A DNA stretch of 64,000 nt from Vicinamibacterales bacterium (GCA_036496585.1 DASXLB010000037.1:3497-67496), one strand, 5' to 3'. Positions 48,966 to 58,490 are shown, counted from the first letter of the stretch. Notes: a model not told the origin generated them from the sequence alone. Numbers and translations are program-made.

Positions 48966-50240
48966 ATGTCCGCGCGCGCCCACCTCTGGTCGTCGGACGT
49001 CCTGCCCGAGCTGCGTCTTGGCCTCGAGAATCTCCGCGCCCACAAGCTGCGCTCGATGCTGACGATGCTGGGGATGATCTTCGGCGTGGCGGCGGTGGTC
49101 GCGATGCTGTCGATCGGCGCCGGGGCGCAGCAGGAAGTGATGTCCTTCATCGAGCAGCTCGGGGTCCGCAATCTGATCGTCGAAGCACGCGAGGCCCCCG
49201 ATAACCAGACCCTGCAGAAGACTCGAAAGCTGTCGGCCGGCCTGTCGTTCCAGGATCTGCGGATCATCCAGTCGAACCTCGACGGCATCTCGGCGGCGAG
49301 CGCGCGGAAGCGGTTCACCCCGTCGAAGCTGGCGCCCAAGCCGCTCGCCGGCGATTCTCCTGCCGTCTACGGCGTCTCGCCGGACTACCAGGCCATCGCC
49401 AACCTGAAGGTCGCCTCGGGCCGCTTCTTCGTTGCGGCGGAGACGACGGCGGCGGCGCCCGTCGCCGTGCTCGGCGAGGCGGCAGCGGCATCGCTGTTCG
49501 GCACCGACGACCCGATCGGCAAGTACGTGAAGGTGAACGATCAGTGGTTTCGCGTCATCGGCATTGCCGGTCCGCAGCTCACCGTGCAGTCGGACGTCGC
49601 CGGCATCCCGGCGCAGGATCGCAACAATCTGATCTATGTCCCGCTCTATTCGTCGGTCTTCCGGCTCGAGGACGGCCAGAGCGCGCAGAAGGACGAGATC
49701 GACGGCATCTATCTGCAGATGCGGCCCGGCGCCGACGTGCCCGGCGCGGCGGCGATGCTGCGCGGCATCCTCGACGTCGCCCACCGCGGCGCCGGCGATT
49801 TCACCATCGTGTCCCCGGCGGAGCTGCTCGCCGAGCAGCGGCGCACGCAGCGCATCTTCGAGATGGTGATGGTGGCGATCGCCTCGATTTCGCTCCTGGT
49901 CGGGGGCATCGGCATCATGAACATCATGTTGGCCAGCGTGCTCGAACGGACCCGAGAGATCGGCGTGCGGCGCGCCATCGGCGCCCGTCAGAAGGACGTC
50001 GTGCGTCAGTTCCTGATCGAGACGACGATCATCTCGCTGACCGGGGGGGTCGCGGGCATTCTGCTCGGGGTCGGGCTGTCGCAGCTGATCGGCGTCCTCG
50101 CCGGCTGGTCGACGATCGTGACCACCGCCTCGATCGTGCTGGCATTTGGGGTCTCGGTCTTCATCGGCATCGTCTTTGGCCTGTATCCGGCCGTGCGAGC
50201 CTCCCGGCTGGACCCGGTCAAGGCCCTTCACTATGAGTGA
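48966..50240 (+). CDS. MacB/FtsX-family ABC permease without NBD
   Basis: LRSMLTMLGMIFGVAAVVAM, VGGIGIMNIMLASVLERTREIGVRRAIGA, YPAVRASRLDPV. Confidence 0.93.
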   Translation: MSARAHLWSSDVLPELRLGLENLRAHKLRSMLTMLGMIFGVAAVVAMLSIGAGAQQEVMSFIEQLGVRNLIVEAREAPDNQTLQKTRKLSAGLSFQDLRIIQSNLDGISAASARKRFTPSKLAPKPLAGDSPAVYGVSPDYQAIANLKVASGRFFVAAETTAAAPVAVLGEAAAASLFGTDDPIGKYVKVNDQWFRVIGIAGPQLTVQSDVAGIPAQDRNNLIYVPLYSSVFRLEDGQSAQKDEIDGIYLQMRPGADVPGAAAMLRGILDVAHRGAGDFTIVSPAELLAEQRRTQRIFEMVMVAIASISLLVGGIGIMNIMLASVLERTREIGVRRAIGARQKDVVRQFLIETTIISLTGGVAGILLGVGLSQLIGVLAGWSTIVTTASIVLAFGVSVFIGIVFGLYPAVRASRLDPVKALHYE

Positions 50241-50276
50241 CTGACGCCACCCAACCCCCTGTATAATTGAGAAGTT

Positions 50277-51416
50277 ATGCTCTTGGCCGCGACCTTCCTG
50301 GTCGCGTGGCTGGCAGCTCTACCGTTACAGGCACTGCGCCCGGGCGCGCCAAAGCCACAGGCAAAGGCGGCCGGCTCGTTCCAGACAACGCTGAGCGTGC
50401 CCCAGATGACCGGCAAGCAGGCCGTGATCGACACGTCGATGGGGACGGTCGTGATCGACCTGCGTCCCGATCTCGCGCCCAATCACGTCGGATACCTGAT
50501 GAAGCTGGCCGGTGAGCAGGTGTTCGACGGTACGATCGTCCACCGGGTCGTTCGCGATGGCATCATTCAGGGCGGGGACCCGCTCACCAGGGACCCGGCC
50601 AAGAAGGCCCAGTACGGCACGGGTGGCCTCGGGGTGCTGAAGGCGGAGGTGAGCGCCGAGCCCTTCACCCGCGGCGTCGTCGCAGCAGCGCTCCGGCCGG
50701 ATCAGCCGGACAGCGGCGGCTCGCAGTTCTTCATCTGCGTGTCGGACCAGCCGGCGCTGGCAGGGCAGTTCTCGATTTTCGGCCGCGTCAGTGAAGGGTT
50801 GGAGGTGGCGCGCCGGATCTCGGAGCTCCCGGCCGACGACAGGAAGGAGCCGCTCGACCGCGTCACGATTCGCAGCCTGACGATCCGTGACGCCCCGTCG
50901 CCCGAACCGGTACCCTTCGCCGGCGAATCGCCCGATCAGCTCGCCCAGCATCGGGCCGTGATCGAGACCACGCAGGGGACCATCACCGTCGCCTTCAATC
51001 CGGAAAAGGCGCCGGAGCACGTGCGCAATTTCCTGCAGCTGGCGCAGGCGGGCGTCTACGACGGCACGGCGTTCCACCGCGTCGTGCGCGGTTTCGTGGA
51101 GCAGGCGGGCGTGGTCGCCTCGCGGTCTGCGCCGTTGAGCGAGAAGCAGCAGGCGCGCGTGCACGCGCTGCAGCCCGAGTTCAACGACATCAAGCACGTC
51201 AAGGGCATCGTCTCCATGGCGCGCGGCGACGATCCCGCCAGCGCCAGCACGTCGTTCTTCATCGTCACGGGGCCGGCGCCATCGCTCGACGGCAAGTACA
51301 CCGTTTTCGGCCGCGTCGTCGACGGCATGGACGTCGTCAACAGGATCGACGCGGCGCCGGTGAACGGCGAGGATCCCGTGACGCGTATCGAGATTACCAA
51401 GGTTCGGATTCAGTAA
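50277..51416 (+). CDS. Tandem two-domain cyclophilin PPIase, exported
   Basis: Two cyclophilin units (HRVVRDGIIQGGD...GSQFFI; FHRVVRGFVEQAG...STSFFI...YTVFGRVVDG). Confidence 0.9.
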   Translation: MLLAATFLVAWLAALPLQALRPGAPKPQAKAAGSFQTTLSVPQMTGKQAVIDTSMGTVVIDLRPDLAPNHVGYLMKLAGEQVFDGTIVHRVVRDGIIQGGDPLTRDPAKKAQYGTGGLGVLKAEVSAEPFTRGVVAAALRPDQPDSGGSQFFICVSDQPALAGQFSIFGRVSEGLEVARRISELPADDRKEPLDRVTIRSLTIRDAPSPEPVPFAGESPDQLAQHRAVIETTQGTITVAFNPEKAPEHVRNFLQLAQAGVYDGTAFHRVVRGFVEQAGVVASRSAPLSEKQQARVHALQPEFNDIKHVKGIVSMARGDDPASASTSFFIVTGPAPSLDGKYTVFGRVVDGMDVVNRIDAAPVNGEDPVTRIEITKVRIQ

Positions 51417-51465
51417 TTTGTAACCAGTTGGCAGTGACCCGTTAACAAGTTTCACAGAAGTTCAC

Positions 51466-52974
51466 ATGGCAGAAACACGTCTCAAAATTGCAGTCTTCAT
51501 CGATTTCGACAACATCGAGATTGGCGTCAAGAACACTCTCAACGCGACGTTCGACGTTGGCGTCGTGCTCGAGGCGCTGCGCGAGCGCGGCGACGTCGTC
51601 AGCAAGACGGCGTACGGCGACTGGACGCGCGCCGGCGACTATAGCCGGTCGCTCACCCAGCATGCGACCAAGCTGGTGCAGCGAAATCTCACCCCTGGCG
51701 GCGACAAGAACGGCGCCGACATCAACCTGGCGCTCGACGCCCTCGAGATGGCGTTCACCCACGCGCACATCAACGCCTACGTCATCGTCGGCGGCGACAG
51801 CGATTTCATCTCGCTGGTCGAGAAGCTGAAGCAGTACGACAAACAGATCTTCGTCGTCGGCGGCCGTTCGTTCACCAGCCACGTGATGCAGCGCAACTGC
51901 CACGAGTTCATCGCCTACGAGAACCTGATCGGCGGCCGCCGCGGCGAGCGCGGCCGCGGTCCGTCGGGCCCGATGGGCTCGCAACAGATCGATCAAGTGG
52001 TGCCGCTCGTGCGGCGCGCACTCAAAGTGCTGTCGGACCGCGAGGTGACGCCGCAGCTCGGGCTGCTCAAGAGCACGCTGCTGCAGCTCGATTCGACGTT
52101 CTCGGAGCGGACCTACAGCGCCGGCAGCTTCCGTGATTTCGCCGAGAAGCTCGCCGCCGCCGGCGTGGTCACGCTGAAGGAAGCCGGACGCAACGTGCTC
52201 GTCGAGCTGCGCGAGAGCGGTCATCATCAGCTTCCGGCCCAAGAGGCGCCCGCCCCTGCTCCGGTGGCGCCATCGGCGCCGGTGGACGGCGGTAACGGAC
52301 ATCATCGTCAGTCGCACCCGGCCCACCCGCCATCGCAGAGCCAGCCGTCACCCGCCCAGCCGTCGCACGGTCAGCCGCACGGGCAACAGGCGCAGCCGCA
52401 AGGGCAGCCGCGCGCCGCGGAAGCGGTTGCCGAAGTGAAGCGCCTGTTCGCGATGGGCCAGCAGCCCCCGCGCTGGCCGATGTATCTGCGGCAGGTGAAA
52501 CAGTACCTGCGCAGCGTCGACCAGTCGTTCGACGAACGCAAGTTCGGCTTCAATAGTCTGAACGATCTGCTTCGCGCGTGTCAGCGTGACGGCCTCTTCC
52601 GCATGGAGCGCGATCGCCAGGGCGTGATCCGCTTCTTCCAGGGGACCGCCATCAAGGAAGCAGGCGTGTCGGCGGCGGCCCGCGGCATCAACCAGGCCGA
52701 CATCGAAGCGGCCGAGCGGCTGGCAGCGCAGGCGGAGGCTGAGATGGCCGCCGCCGAAGCGGGTGAAACGGATGTCATCGACGGCGACGTCGTCCGCGAC
52801 ACCGAAACGCCGGCGATCGTCGATGTTGAAGTGGTCGCTACCACGAAGGCACGAAGGAAGGCGAAGGACACGAAGGAACCGAAGGAGCCCAAGCAACCGA
52901 AGGAGTCGCGCGCGCGGAAGACCGCGCCGAAGCCCCGCAGTTCCTCCCGCAAGAAGGCCTCCGCGGAGGCGTAA
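51466..52974 (+). CDS. NYN (LabA/DUF88) domain protein with two LOTUS/OST-HTH domains
   Basis: AVFIDFDN, KNGADINLALD, GGDSDF; FSERTYSAGSFRDF and FDERKFGFNSLNDLL. Confidence 0.9.
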   Translation: MAETRLKIAVFIDFDNIEIGVKNTLNATFDVGVVLEALRERGDVVSKTAYGDWTRAGDYSRSLTQHATKLVQRNLTPGGDKNGADINLALDALEMAFTHAHINAYVIVGGDSDFISLVEKLKQYDKQIFVVGGRSFTSHVMQRNCHEFIAYENLIGGRRGERGRGPSGPMGSQQIDQVVPLVRRALKVLSDREVTPQLGLLKSTLLQLDSTFSERTYSAGSFRDFAEKLAAAGVVTLKEAGRNVLVELRESGHHQLPAQEAPAPAPVAPSAPVDGGNGHHRQSHPAHPPSQSQPSPAQPSHGQPHGQQAQPQGQPRAAEAVAEVKRLFAMGQQPPRWPMYLRQVKQYLRSVDQSFDERKFGFNSLNDLLRACQRDGLFRMERDRQGVIRFFQGTAIKEAGVSAAARGINQADIEAAERLAAQAEAEMAAAEAGETDVIDGDVVRDTETPAIVDVEVVATTKARRKAKDTKEPKEPKQPKESRARKTAPKPRSSSRKKASAEA

Positions 52975-52977
52975 TCC

Positions 52978-53850
52978 GTGACGCGCCAGCAGGCCGCGGC
53001 GGCAATCGCGCTCGGCCTGCTGGCGTCGCCCCTCCACGCACAACAGAAGTTCTCCTCCCGCACGCTCGCCGTCCGCGTCGACGTGCTCGTCACCGACGGC
53101 CGCAATCCGGTCGCCGGCCTCACCGCCGCCGACTTCGAGCTGCGCGACAACGGCGTCCTGCAGAAGATCGATCTCGCCGACCCTGCCGGCGTCCCCGTCA
53201 ACGCCGTCCTCGCGCTCGATACGAGCGGCAGCCTCGAAGGAAAGCGGCAGGCGGATCTGGTCCGCGCGGCTGAGGCGCTGCTCGACGATCTGACGCCAGC
53301 CGATCGCGCCGCTCTGACGACGTTCAGCCACGTGGTGCAGCCGAAGATTGCGCTCACGGGGGATCTGCCAGCCGTCCGCGCCGCGCTCGATGGCATTCAG
53401 CCCGAAGGCCAGACGTCAGTGATGGACGGCGCGTTCGTGGCGCTGGCCTCGACGCTGAACCAGCCTGGCCGCTTCCTGATTGTCATCTGCACGGACGGCA
53501 GCGATACGTCGAGCTGGCTGCAGCCGCACGAAGTGCTCGAGATCGCCAAGCGGACCAACGCCGTCGTCTACCCGGTCACTTCGGCCGACGCGAAGCGGTC
53601 CGACGCGCTGAAGCAGCTCGCCGAGGCCACCGGCGGCCAGATGATGCCTGTGAAATCGAGCGACGAACTGCGCGGCACGTTCCAGCGCATCCTGAGCGAG
53701 TTCCGCAGCCGTTACGTGCTCGCCTATTCCCCCGATGGTGTGCCGCTTGGCGGGTTCCATCGCATCGAGGTGACGGTACCCCACCGGCGCGTCACGGTGA
53801 AAGCGCGGCCCGGGTATGTTGGAACCACCGAAGGCGGTAGGCTGCCGTGA
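52978..53850 (+). CDS. Exported VWA-domain protein (Acidobacteria-type)
   Basis: Signal peptide; VDVLVTDG; MIDAS LALDTSGS; TDGSD; TGG; LRSRY-like EFRSRYVLAY. Confidence 0.88.
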   Translation: MTRQQAAAAIALGLLASPLHAQQKFSSRTLAVRVDVLVTDGRNPVAGLTAADFELRDNGVLQKIDLADPAGVPVNAVLALDTSGSLEGKRQADLVRAAEALLDDLTPADRAALTTFSHVVQPKIALTGDLPAVRAALDGIQPEGQTSVMDGAFVALASTLNQPGRFLIVICTDGSDTSSWLQPHEVLEIAKRTNAVVYPVTSADAKRSDALKQLAEATGGQMMPVKSSDELRGTFQRILSEFRSRYVLAYSPDGVPLGGFHRIEVTVPHRRVTVKARPGYVGTTEGGRLP

Positions 53851-55160
53851 GGCGTTTCGGCCTCGCGCTTGCGGCCGCGTCGCTGCTGGTCTCGGACGCG
53901 CATGCCGGGACTGCGCCGACACAGGCGTCGGTGAACGCGCTTCGCAGCTGGATCACTGCCGTCAGGAGTCATCATCCTGGACAGCCGGATTCCGCGACCG
54001 GCGTCATCGCGGCGCTGAAATACAGCGATCGCCTGTTGCTGCACCCGTCGATGCAGCTGTTTCTCGAGGGCGTCCGCGGGCTGCCGATGGCGATCCAGGA
54101 GGAAACGCAGCGGGAGATCAAGGATCTCGTGCGGGTGGCACGCTTCGACGAAGGGCTGTCGCCGTTCGTCCGTCGCGCCGCGATTCTGCACACCGACGCG
54201 GCGATCTTCGCCGACCGGTTCCCCGATCCGCCAGACGATGCTCCTGCGGCGGCGGGGCCGGGCTCCCACACCGAGGCGCCCCCACCGCTGCTGGATAACG
54301 AACGCTACGTCCTCCACACCGACGGCCGTGTCGTCGGCGATGTTGCGGCCAACTGGAACTGGGCGTTCGCACGCAGCCTGCTCGATTTGCTCCTGCGGCC
54401 GACCGTCGCGCACGTTGGGCTGGACGCCGCAGGGATCGGGACGCCCCTCGATCGCGCGTTCGTCGCCGACTGGTACCATGCCGTCGCGGCGTATCAGCTC
54501 GCCACCCGCCGTCACGGTGACGCGAACCGGCACCTGCACCACGCGGCACAGGTGCTGCCCGACGATCCTCGCGTTCTCTTCGACCGCGCCTGTTACGCGG
54601 AGACGCTCGGCCTGGCGCTCTATCAGGTCCTCCCCAACGATCCCGGCTACGGGAACCCGGCGAGAAGGGTCGTGATGCGGGTGCCCCCGCCCGACAAGAC
54701 CGATGCAGAGGCCGAAGCGCTTTTCCGGCGCGCACTGGAGGTCGATCCGAAGTACGCGGAAGCGCGCGTCCGTCTGGCGCGGCTGCTCGAGCAGCGCGGC
54801 ATCCACGACGAGGCGACGGCGCAGATCGAACAGGCGCTGGCCAGCGATCCGTCGCAGACGGTCTCGTTCTTCGCGCACCTCGTCGCCGGCCGCATCGAGC
54901 AGTCGCGCGGCCACGACGGTGCGTCACTCGATCATTACTCCGCCGCGTTGCAGCAGTATCCCGAAGCGCAGTCGGCGCTCCTCGGCGCCAGTCACGCGGC
55001 GGTGATGGCATCCGACGTGCCGGCGGCGCTGGCCTTTGTCGCGACGCTCGCCGGCCGAACGGGCCATGGCGACTCAGATCCGTGGTGGACGTACGATCTT
55101 GGCGCCGGCCGTGACGTCGATCGGCTCGTGACCGCGCTCTGGGCCCACGTGCCGAAGTGA
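53847..55160 (+). CDS. Exported TPR-repeat protein A
   Basis: Signal peptide; ALEVDPKYAEARVRLARLL TPRs; translationally coupled to the VWA gene. Confidence 0.85.
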   Translation: MRRFGLALAAASLLVSDAHAGTAPTQASVNALRSWITAVRSHHPGQPDSATGVIAALKYSDRLLLHPSMQLFLEGVRGLPMAIQEETQREIKDLVRVARFDEGLSPFVRRAAILHTDAAIFADRFPDPPDDAPAAAGPGSHTEAPPPLLDNERYVLHTDGRVVGDVAANWNWAFARSLLDLLLRPTVAHVGLDAAGIGTPLDRAFVADWYHAVAAYQLATRRHGDANRHLHHAAQVLPDDPRVLFDRACYAETLGLALYQVLPNDPGYGNPARRVVMRVPPPDKTDAEAEALFRRALEVDPKYAEARVRLARLLEQRGIHDEATAQIEQALASDPSQTVSFFAHLVAGRIEQSRGHDGASLDHYSAALQQYPEAQSALLGASHAAVMASDVPAALAFVATLAGRTGHGDSDPWWTYDLGAGRDVDRLVTALWAHVPK

Positions 55161-55191
55161 TGATGAAGCGTATGCGCGGCGGTCCGCACCC

Positions 55192-56568
55192 GTGATCCGC
55201 GCCGTTATCGTCGCGCTGTGCGCGGTGCTCTTGGGTGCCGCACCTGATGTCCGCGCTCAGAGCCTGCAGTCGGCCGACGCGCTCGCCACTTGGGTGAACG
55301 CGGTCAAGGCGCACGGGCCCGGCAAGAACGATCGTCCGCTCGGGTTCGTCGCCGCACTGAAGTACAGCGATCGCGCCATCCTCAATTCCGCGATGCGGCT
55401 GTTCCTCGGCGCCGTGCACGGCCAGGCGATCGCCGGCAAGTCGGCCGCTCAACGTCAGGTAATCGAGTTGTATCGCTCGGTTCGGGTAGATCCCGGGCTC
55501 GCGCCGTTTCTCGAGCGCGCCGCCATCCTGCATGCGGATGCCGCCATCTTCCGCGACAAGCTTCCCGACTTCATCGACGACGAGCCGCCCGCATCGCCGG
55601 AAGGCGGCGTGAGGCCTGGACAGTCGAATCGAAACGCCGAGCCGGCGTCGCCGCTCCTCAGCAACGAGCGAGCGGCGGTGCACCGCGACGGTCGGGTCGT
55701 CGGAGAAGCATCATTGAACTGGCACTGGTCGTTCGCGCGCAGCCTTCTCGATCTGCTCGTCGCGAACAAACCAGAGTACCGCGGCGTCAAGGGTCCGTGT
55801 CGCGGCGCCGAGTGCGCGGGTATCCTGACGAGCGCGCCCGTCATCGTCACCGCCGCCGACATGGCGCTTGTCGCCGAGTGGTATCACGCGACCTCCGCGT
55901 ATCTCATGGCGGCCGGCAAGCACGCGGATCTGAAACACCATCTGACGCACGCCGCGGAGGTGCTGCCCGAGGACGCGCGCCTCCTGTTCGACCGCGGCTG
56001 TCTCGCCGAAACGCTGGGGCTGCCGCTGTACCAGGTACTGCCGGCGGATCCGAGCTACTGGACCCCCGTGCCGCGCCTGCGCCCAGAGGTGCCGGCAGAG
56101 GACAGGACCGACGACGAGGCCGAGAAGCTGTTTCGCGCCGCGATCGCGGTCGATTCGGGCTACGCCGAAGCGCGCGTCCGTCTGGCGCGGCTCCTCGAGC
56201 GCCGCGCGCGCCTCGACGAAGCGGCCGTGGAGATCGACCAGGCGGTGGCGGTGAATCCCGGCCAGGCCGTCGCCTACTTTGCGCACCTCGTCGCGGGGCG
56301 TATCGCGCAGGCGCGCGGCCGCGCCCAGGAGTCGCTGGGACACTACCGCGCCGCCCTGGCGATCTTTCCGCAGGCGCAGTCTGCGCTGCTGGGCGCCAGC
56401 CAGGCCGCTGTGATGGCGTCGGACGTGCCGGCCGCGACGTCGCTCCTCGCCAGGCTCGCCGGTCGCGCAGGCGAAACAGAGCCCGACCCGTGGTGGAGCT
56501 ACGATCTCGGCGCCGGCCGGGACGTCGACGCACTCATGGCCGCGCTCTGGGCGCACGTCCCGCGGTAG
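55192..56568 (+). CDS. Exported TPR-repeat protein B (paralogue of A)
   Basis: Collinear similarity to A, including the C-terminal PWW.YDLGAGRDVD.L..ALWAHVP. Confidence 0.85.
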   Translation: MIRAVIVALCAVLLGAAPDVRAQSLQSADALATWVNAVKAHGPGKNDRPLGFVAALKYSDRAILNSAMRLFLGAVHGQAIAGKSAAQRQVIELYRSVRVDPGLAPFLERAAILHADAAIFRDKLPDFIDDEPPASPEGGVRPGQSNRNAEPASPLLSNERAAVHRDGRVVGEASLNWHWSFARSLLDLLVANKPEYRGVKGPCRGAECAGILTSAPVIVTAADMALVAEWYHATSAYLMAAGKHADLKHHLTHAAEVLPEDARLLFDRGCLAETLGLPLYQVLPADPSYWTPVPRLRPEVPAEDRTDDEAEKLFRAAIAVDSGYAEARVRLARLLERRARLDEAAVEIDQAVAVNPGQAVAYFAHLVAGRIAQARGRAQESLGHYRAALAIFPQAQSALLGASQAAVMASDVPAATSLLARLAGRAGETEPDPWWSYDLGAGRDVDALMAALWAHVPR

Positions 56569-56603
56569 GGAGCGCAATCGGCCTTACACTAGCGGCTCGG
56601 TCC

Positions 56604-57221
56604 ATGTCTCCGGAAGAATTCGCCAGGGCACGCCGCCTGCTGATGCGGCGCGACCCGATTCTCGCGCCGGTCATCCGCCAGTTTCGTGGCCGCTCGCTCC
56701 TCGACACGCCTGCCATCCCACCTTTCCCCGCATTGGTGCGGACCATCACCTCGCAGCAGATTTCTACGAAAGCCGCGGCGACCATCCACGGCCGTCTCGT
56801 CGGCCTGATGCCGGGCGGGGTGACGCCCGCGGCGCTGCTCATCCTGGCCGACGAGGAGTTGCGCGGCGCCGGCCTCAGCCGTCAGAAGTCTGCGTACCTG
56901 CGCGATCTCGCCACCAAGGTGCAGAGCGGCGAACTTCCGGTCGATGCGCTGCACGAGCTGAGCGACGACGAGATCATCGAGGCGATCGTCACGGTGAAGG
57001 GACTCGGCCGATGGTCGGCCGAGATGTTCCTGATGTTCCGGCTGCGCCGGCCCGACGTGCTGCCGGTCGATGACCTGGGCATCGTCAACGCCATCCAGCG
57101 GCTGTACAAGCTGCGCACGCGGCCGAAGGCCGATCGGATCAGGAAGATCGGCGAAGCCTGGCGGCCGTATCGGACGGTGGCGTGCTGGTATCTCTGGCGC
57201 AGTCTCGAGAGCGAGCCCTGA
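56604..57221 (+). CDS. alkA: DNA-3-methyladenine glycosylase II family (HhH-GPD)
   Basis: ITSQQIS, GLSRQK, VKGLGRWSAEM, DVLPVDDLG, WRPYRT. Confidence 0.88.
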   Translation: MSPEEFARARRLLMRRDPILAPVIRQFRGRSLLDTPAIPPFPALVRTITSQQISTKAAATIHGRLVGLMPGGVTPAALLILADEELRGAGLSRQKSAYLRDLATKVQSGELPVDALHELSDDEIIEAIVTVKGLGRWSAEMFLMFRLRRPDVLPVDDLGIVNAIQRLYKLRTRPKADRIRKIGEAWRPYRTVACWYLWRSLESEP

Positions 57222-57251
57222 ACGCCTTCCTTCTCATGTCCCGTTAACTAT

Positions 57252-57323
57252 CTGTAATTACAGCGTTTACTCGTGGCCTTGTGAGGTCACTTGACGTACT
57301 TTACAAATTGAAATATATATATT
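57252..57323 (+). promoter_or_regulatory. Sigma70 promoter TTGACG-N17-TATATA with palindromes CTGTAATTACAG and AATATATATATT
   Basis: -35 at 57291-57296; -10 at 57314-57319; perfect palindromes at 57252-57263 and 57312-57323. Confidence 0.65.
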
Positions 57324-57333
57324 GCTAGTTGCA

Positions 57334-57810
57334 ATGACCTTGGCCCAAAAGCTTCGGCAGCTTCGGCAACTCGAAGGCGACCTCCGTGGGCTGGGCCGCG
57401 AGCTCACGCAGTCGGAGCTCGGGCGCGCCATCAAGGCGGAGCTCGGTCAGCCGATCAGCCAGTCGTATCTGTCGTTGATCGAAAACGGTTCACGCAGGCA
57501 TCTGTCGAACGGATCGCGGCAGCTGCTGGCGAAGTTCTTCAAGGTGCATCCTGGCTATCTCGTCAGCGACCCCCCCGGATTCCACACCGAGCTGACGTCC
57601 GAGGTCGCGTCCACGGAAACGAAGCTCGATCGATGGCTGGTGGACGGCGCCACGCGGTTTGCGAGCGATCCGGCGCTCAGCGCCGCGCTCGAGCGCCTCG
57701 CCGCGCACGCCGAGACGCGACGCTGTCTGGTTCTGCTGGGCGAAATGATCTCGATGCCGGGTCTCGTGGACCGGCTGTCGGAAACGCTCGTGCCGGAGGA
57801 ACGTTCATGA
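57334..57810 (+). CDS. XRE-family HTH transcriptional regulator
   Basis: LAQKLRQLR, LTQSELGR, ISQSYLSLIENG. Confidence 0.88.
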   Translation: MTLAQKLRQLRQLEGDLRGLGRELTQSELGRAIKAELGQPISQSYLSLIENGSRRHLSNGSRQLLAKFFKVHPGYLVSDPPGFHTELTSEVASTETKLDRWLVDGATRFASDPALSAALERLAAHAETRRCLVLLGEMISMPGLVDRLSETLVPEERS

Positions 57811-58376
57811 ACTGGTCCGTGATCTTTCTCGGCTGTTTCGTCGTCGGGTTCGTGCTGAGCGCGCTGTCCTTCGCCTTCGGCCTCGTCGACCTGCACGTGC
57901 ACTTCCCTTGGGAGACGCACGTCCACGTCGGCCCCGCGAACACCGGACACCTGCATGGGCTCGGGCCGATCAACTTCGCGACGCTGACCGCGTTCGTGGC
58001 GTGGTTCGGCGGAGCCGGCTACCTGCTGACCACCCAGTTCCGCTGGCTGACGCTGCCGGCGCTGGCTGCGGCGGTGCCGATCGGCCTGGCCGGTTCGGGC
58101 ATCGTGTTCCTCCTGATGAGCAAGGTGCTGTGGTCACCGCACGAGAACATGATGAGCGCCGACTACGACATGGTCGGCGTGCTCGGGCGGCTGACGCAGC
58201 CGATTCGCGAAGGGGGCGTCGGCGAGCTGGTCTACACGCAGGGCGGCACGCGCAAGTCGTGCGGCGCGCGCAGCGCCGACGCCGCCGCGATCGACAAGGG
58301 CGCGGAAGTCGTCGTCACGGCGTACGACCGCGGCATCGCCGTGGTCAAACGGTGGACGGATCTGGCCGGCACGTAG
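57807..58376 (+). CDS. NfeD-like membrane protein (TM plus OB fold)
   Basis: Three to four TM segments, then VGVLGRLTQPI..GGVGEL...IDKGAEVVV; ATGA overlap with the regulator gene. Confidence 0.85.
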   Translation: MNWSVIFLGCFVVGFVLSALSFAFGLVDLHVHFPWETHVHVGPANTGHLHGLGPINFATLTAFVAWFGGAGYLLTTQFRWLTLPALAAAVPIGLAGSGIVFLLMSKVLWSPHENMMSADYDMVGVLGRLTQPIREGGVGELVYTQGGTRKSCGARSADAAAIDKGAEVVVTAYDRGIAVVKRWTDLAGT

Positions 58377-58462
58377 GCCGGACCGTGCGGGTGGAGGCTG
58401 CAGGCCGGACCCTTTTCAGGTCCGGCGAACAGCGGGATCGTAGGCCGGACCTTCAGGTCCGG
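58373..58462. repeat. GTAG-type REP copies inside the operon
   Basis: GTAGGCCGGACC at 58373 (GTAG overlaps the stop); GCAGGCCGGACCCTTTTCAGGTCCGGC at 58400; GTAGGCCGGACCTTCAGGTCCGG at 58440. Confidence 0.8.
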
Positions 58463-58490
58463 AGGATCGGCGAACAGGAGGATGTCGCAC

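Noticed and set aside
51419-51465. TGTAAC...CGTT ECF-like promoter and TTCACA direct repeat before the NYN gene
   Set aside because: Spacer of 15 bp is short and the motifs are too brief to support a call
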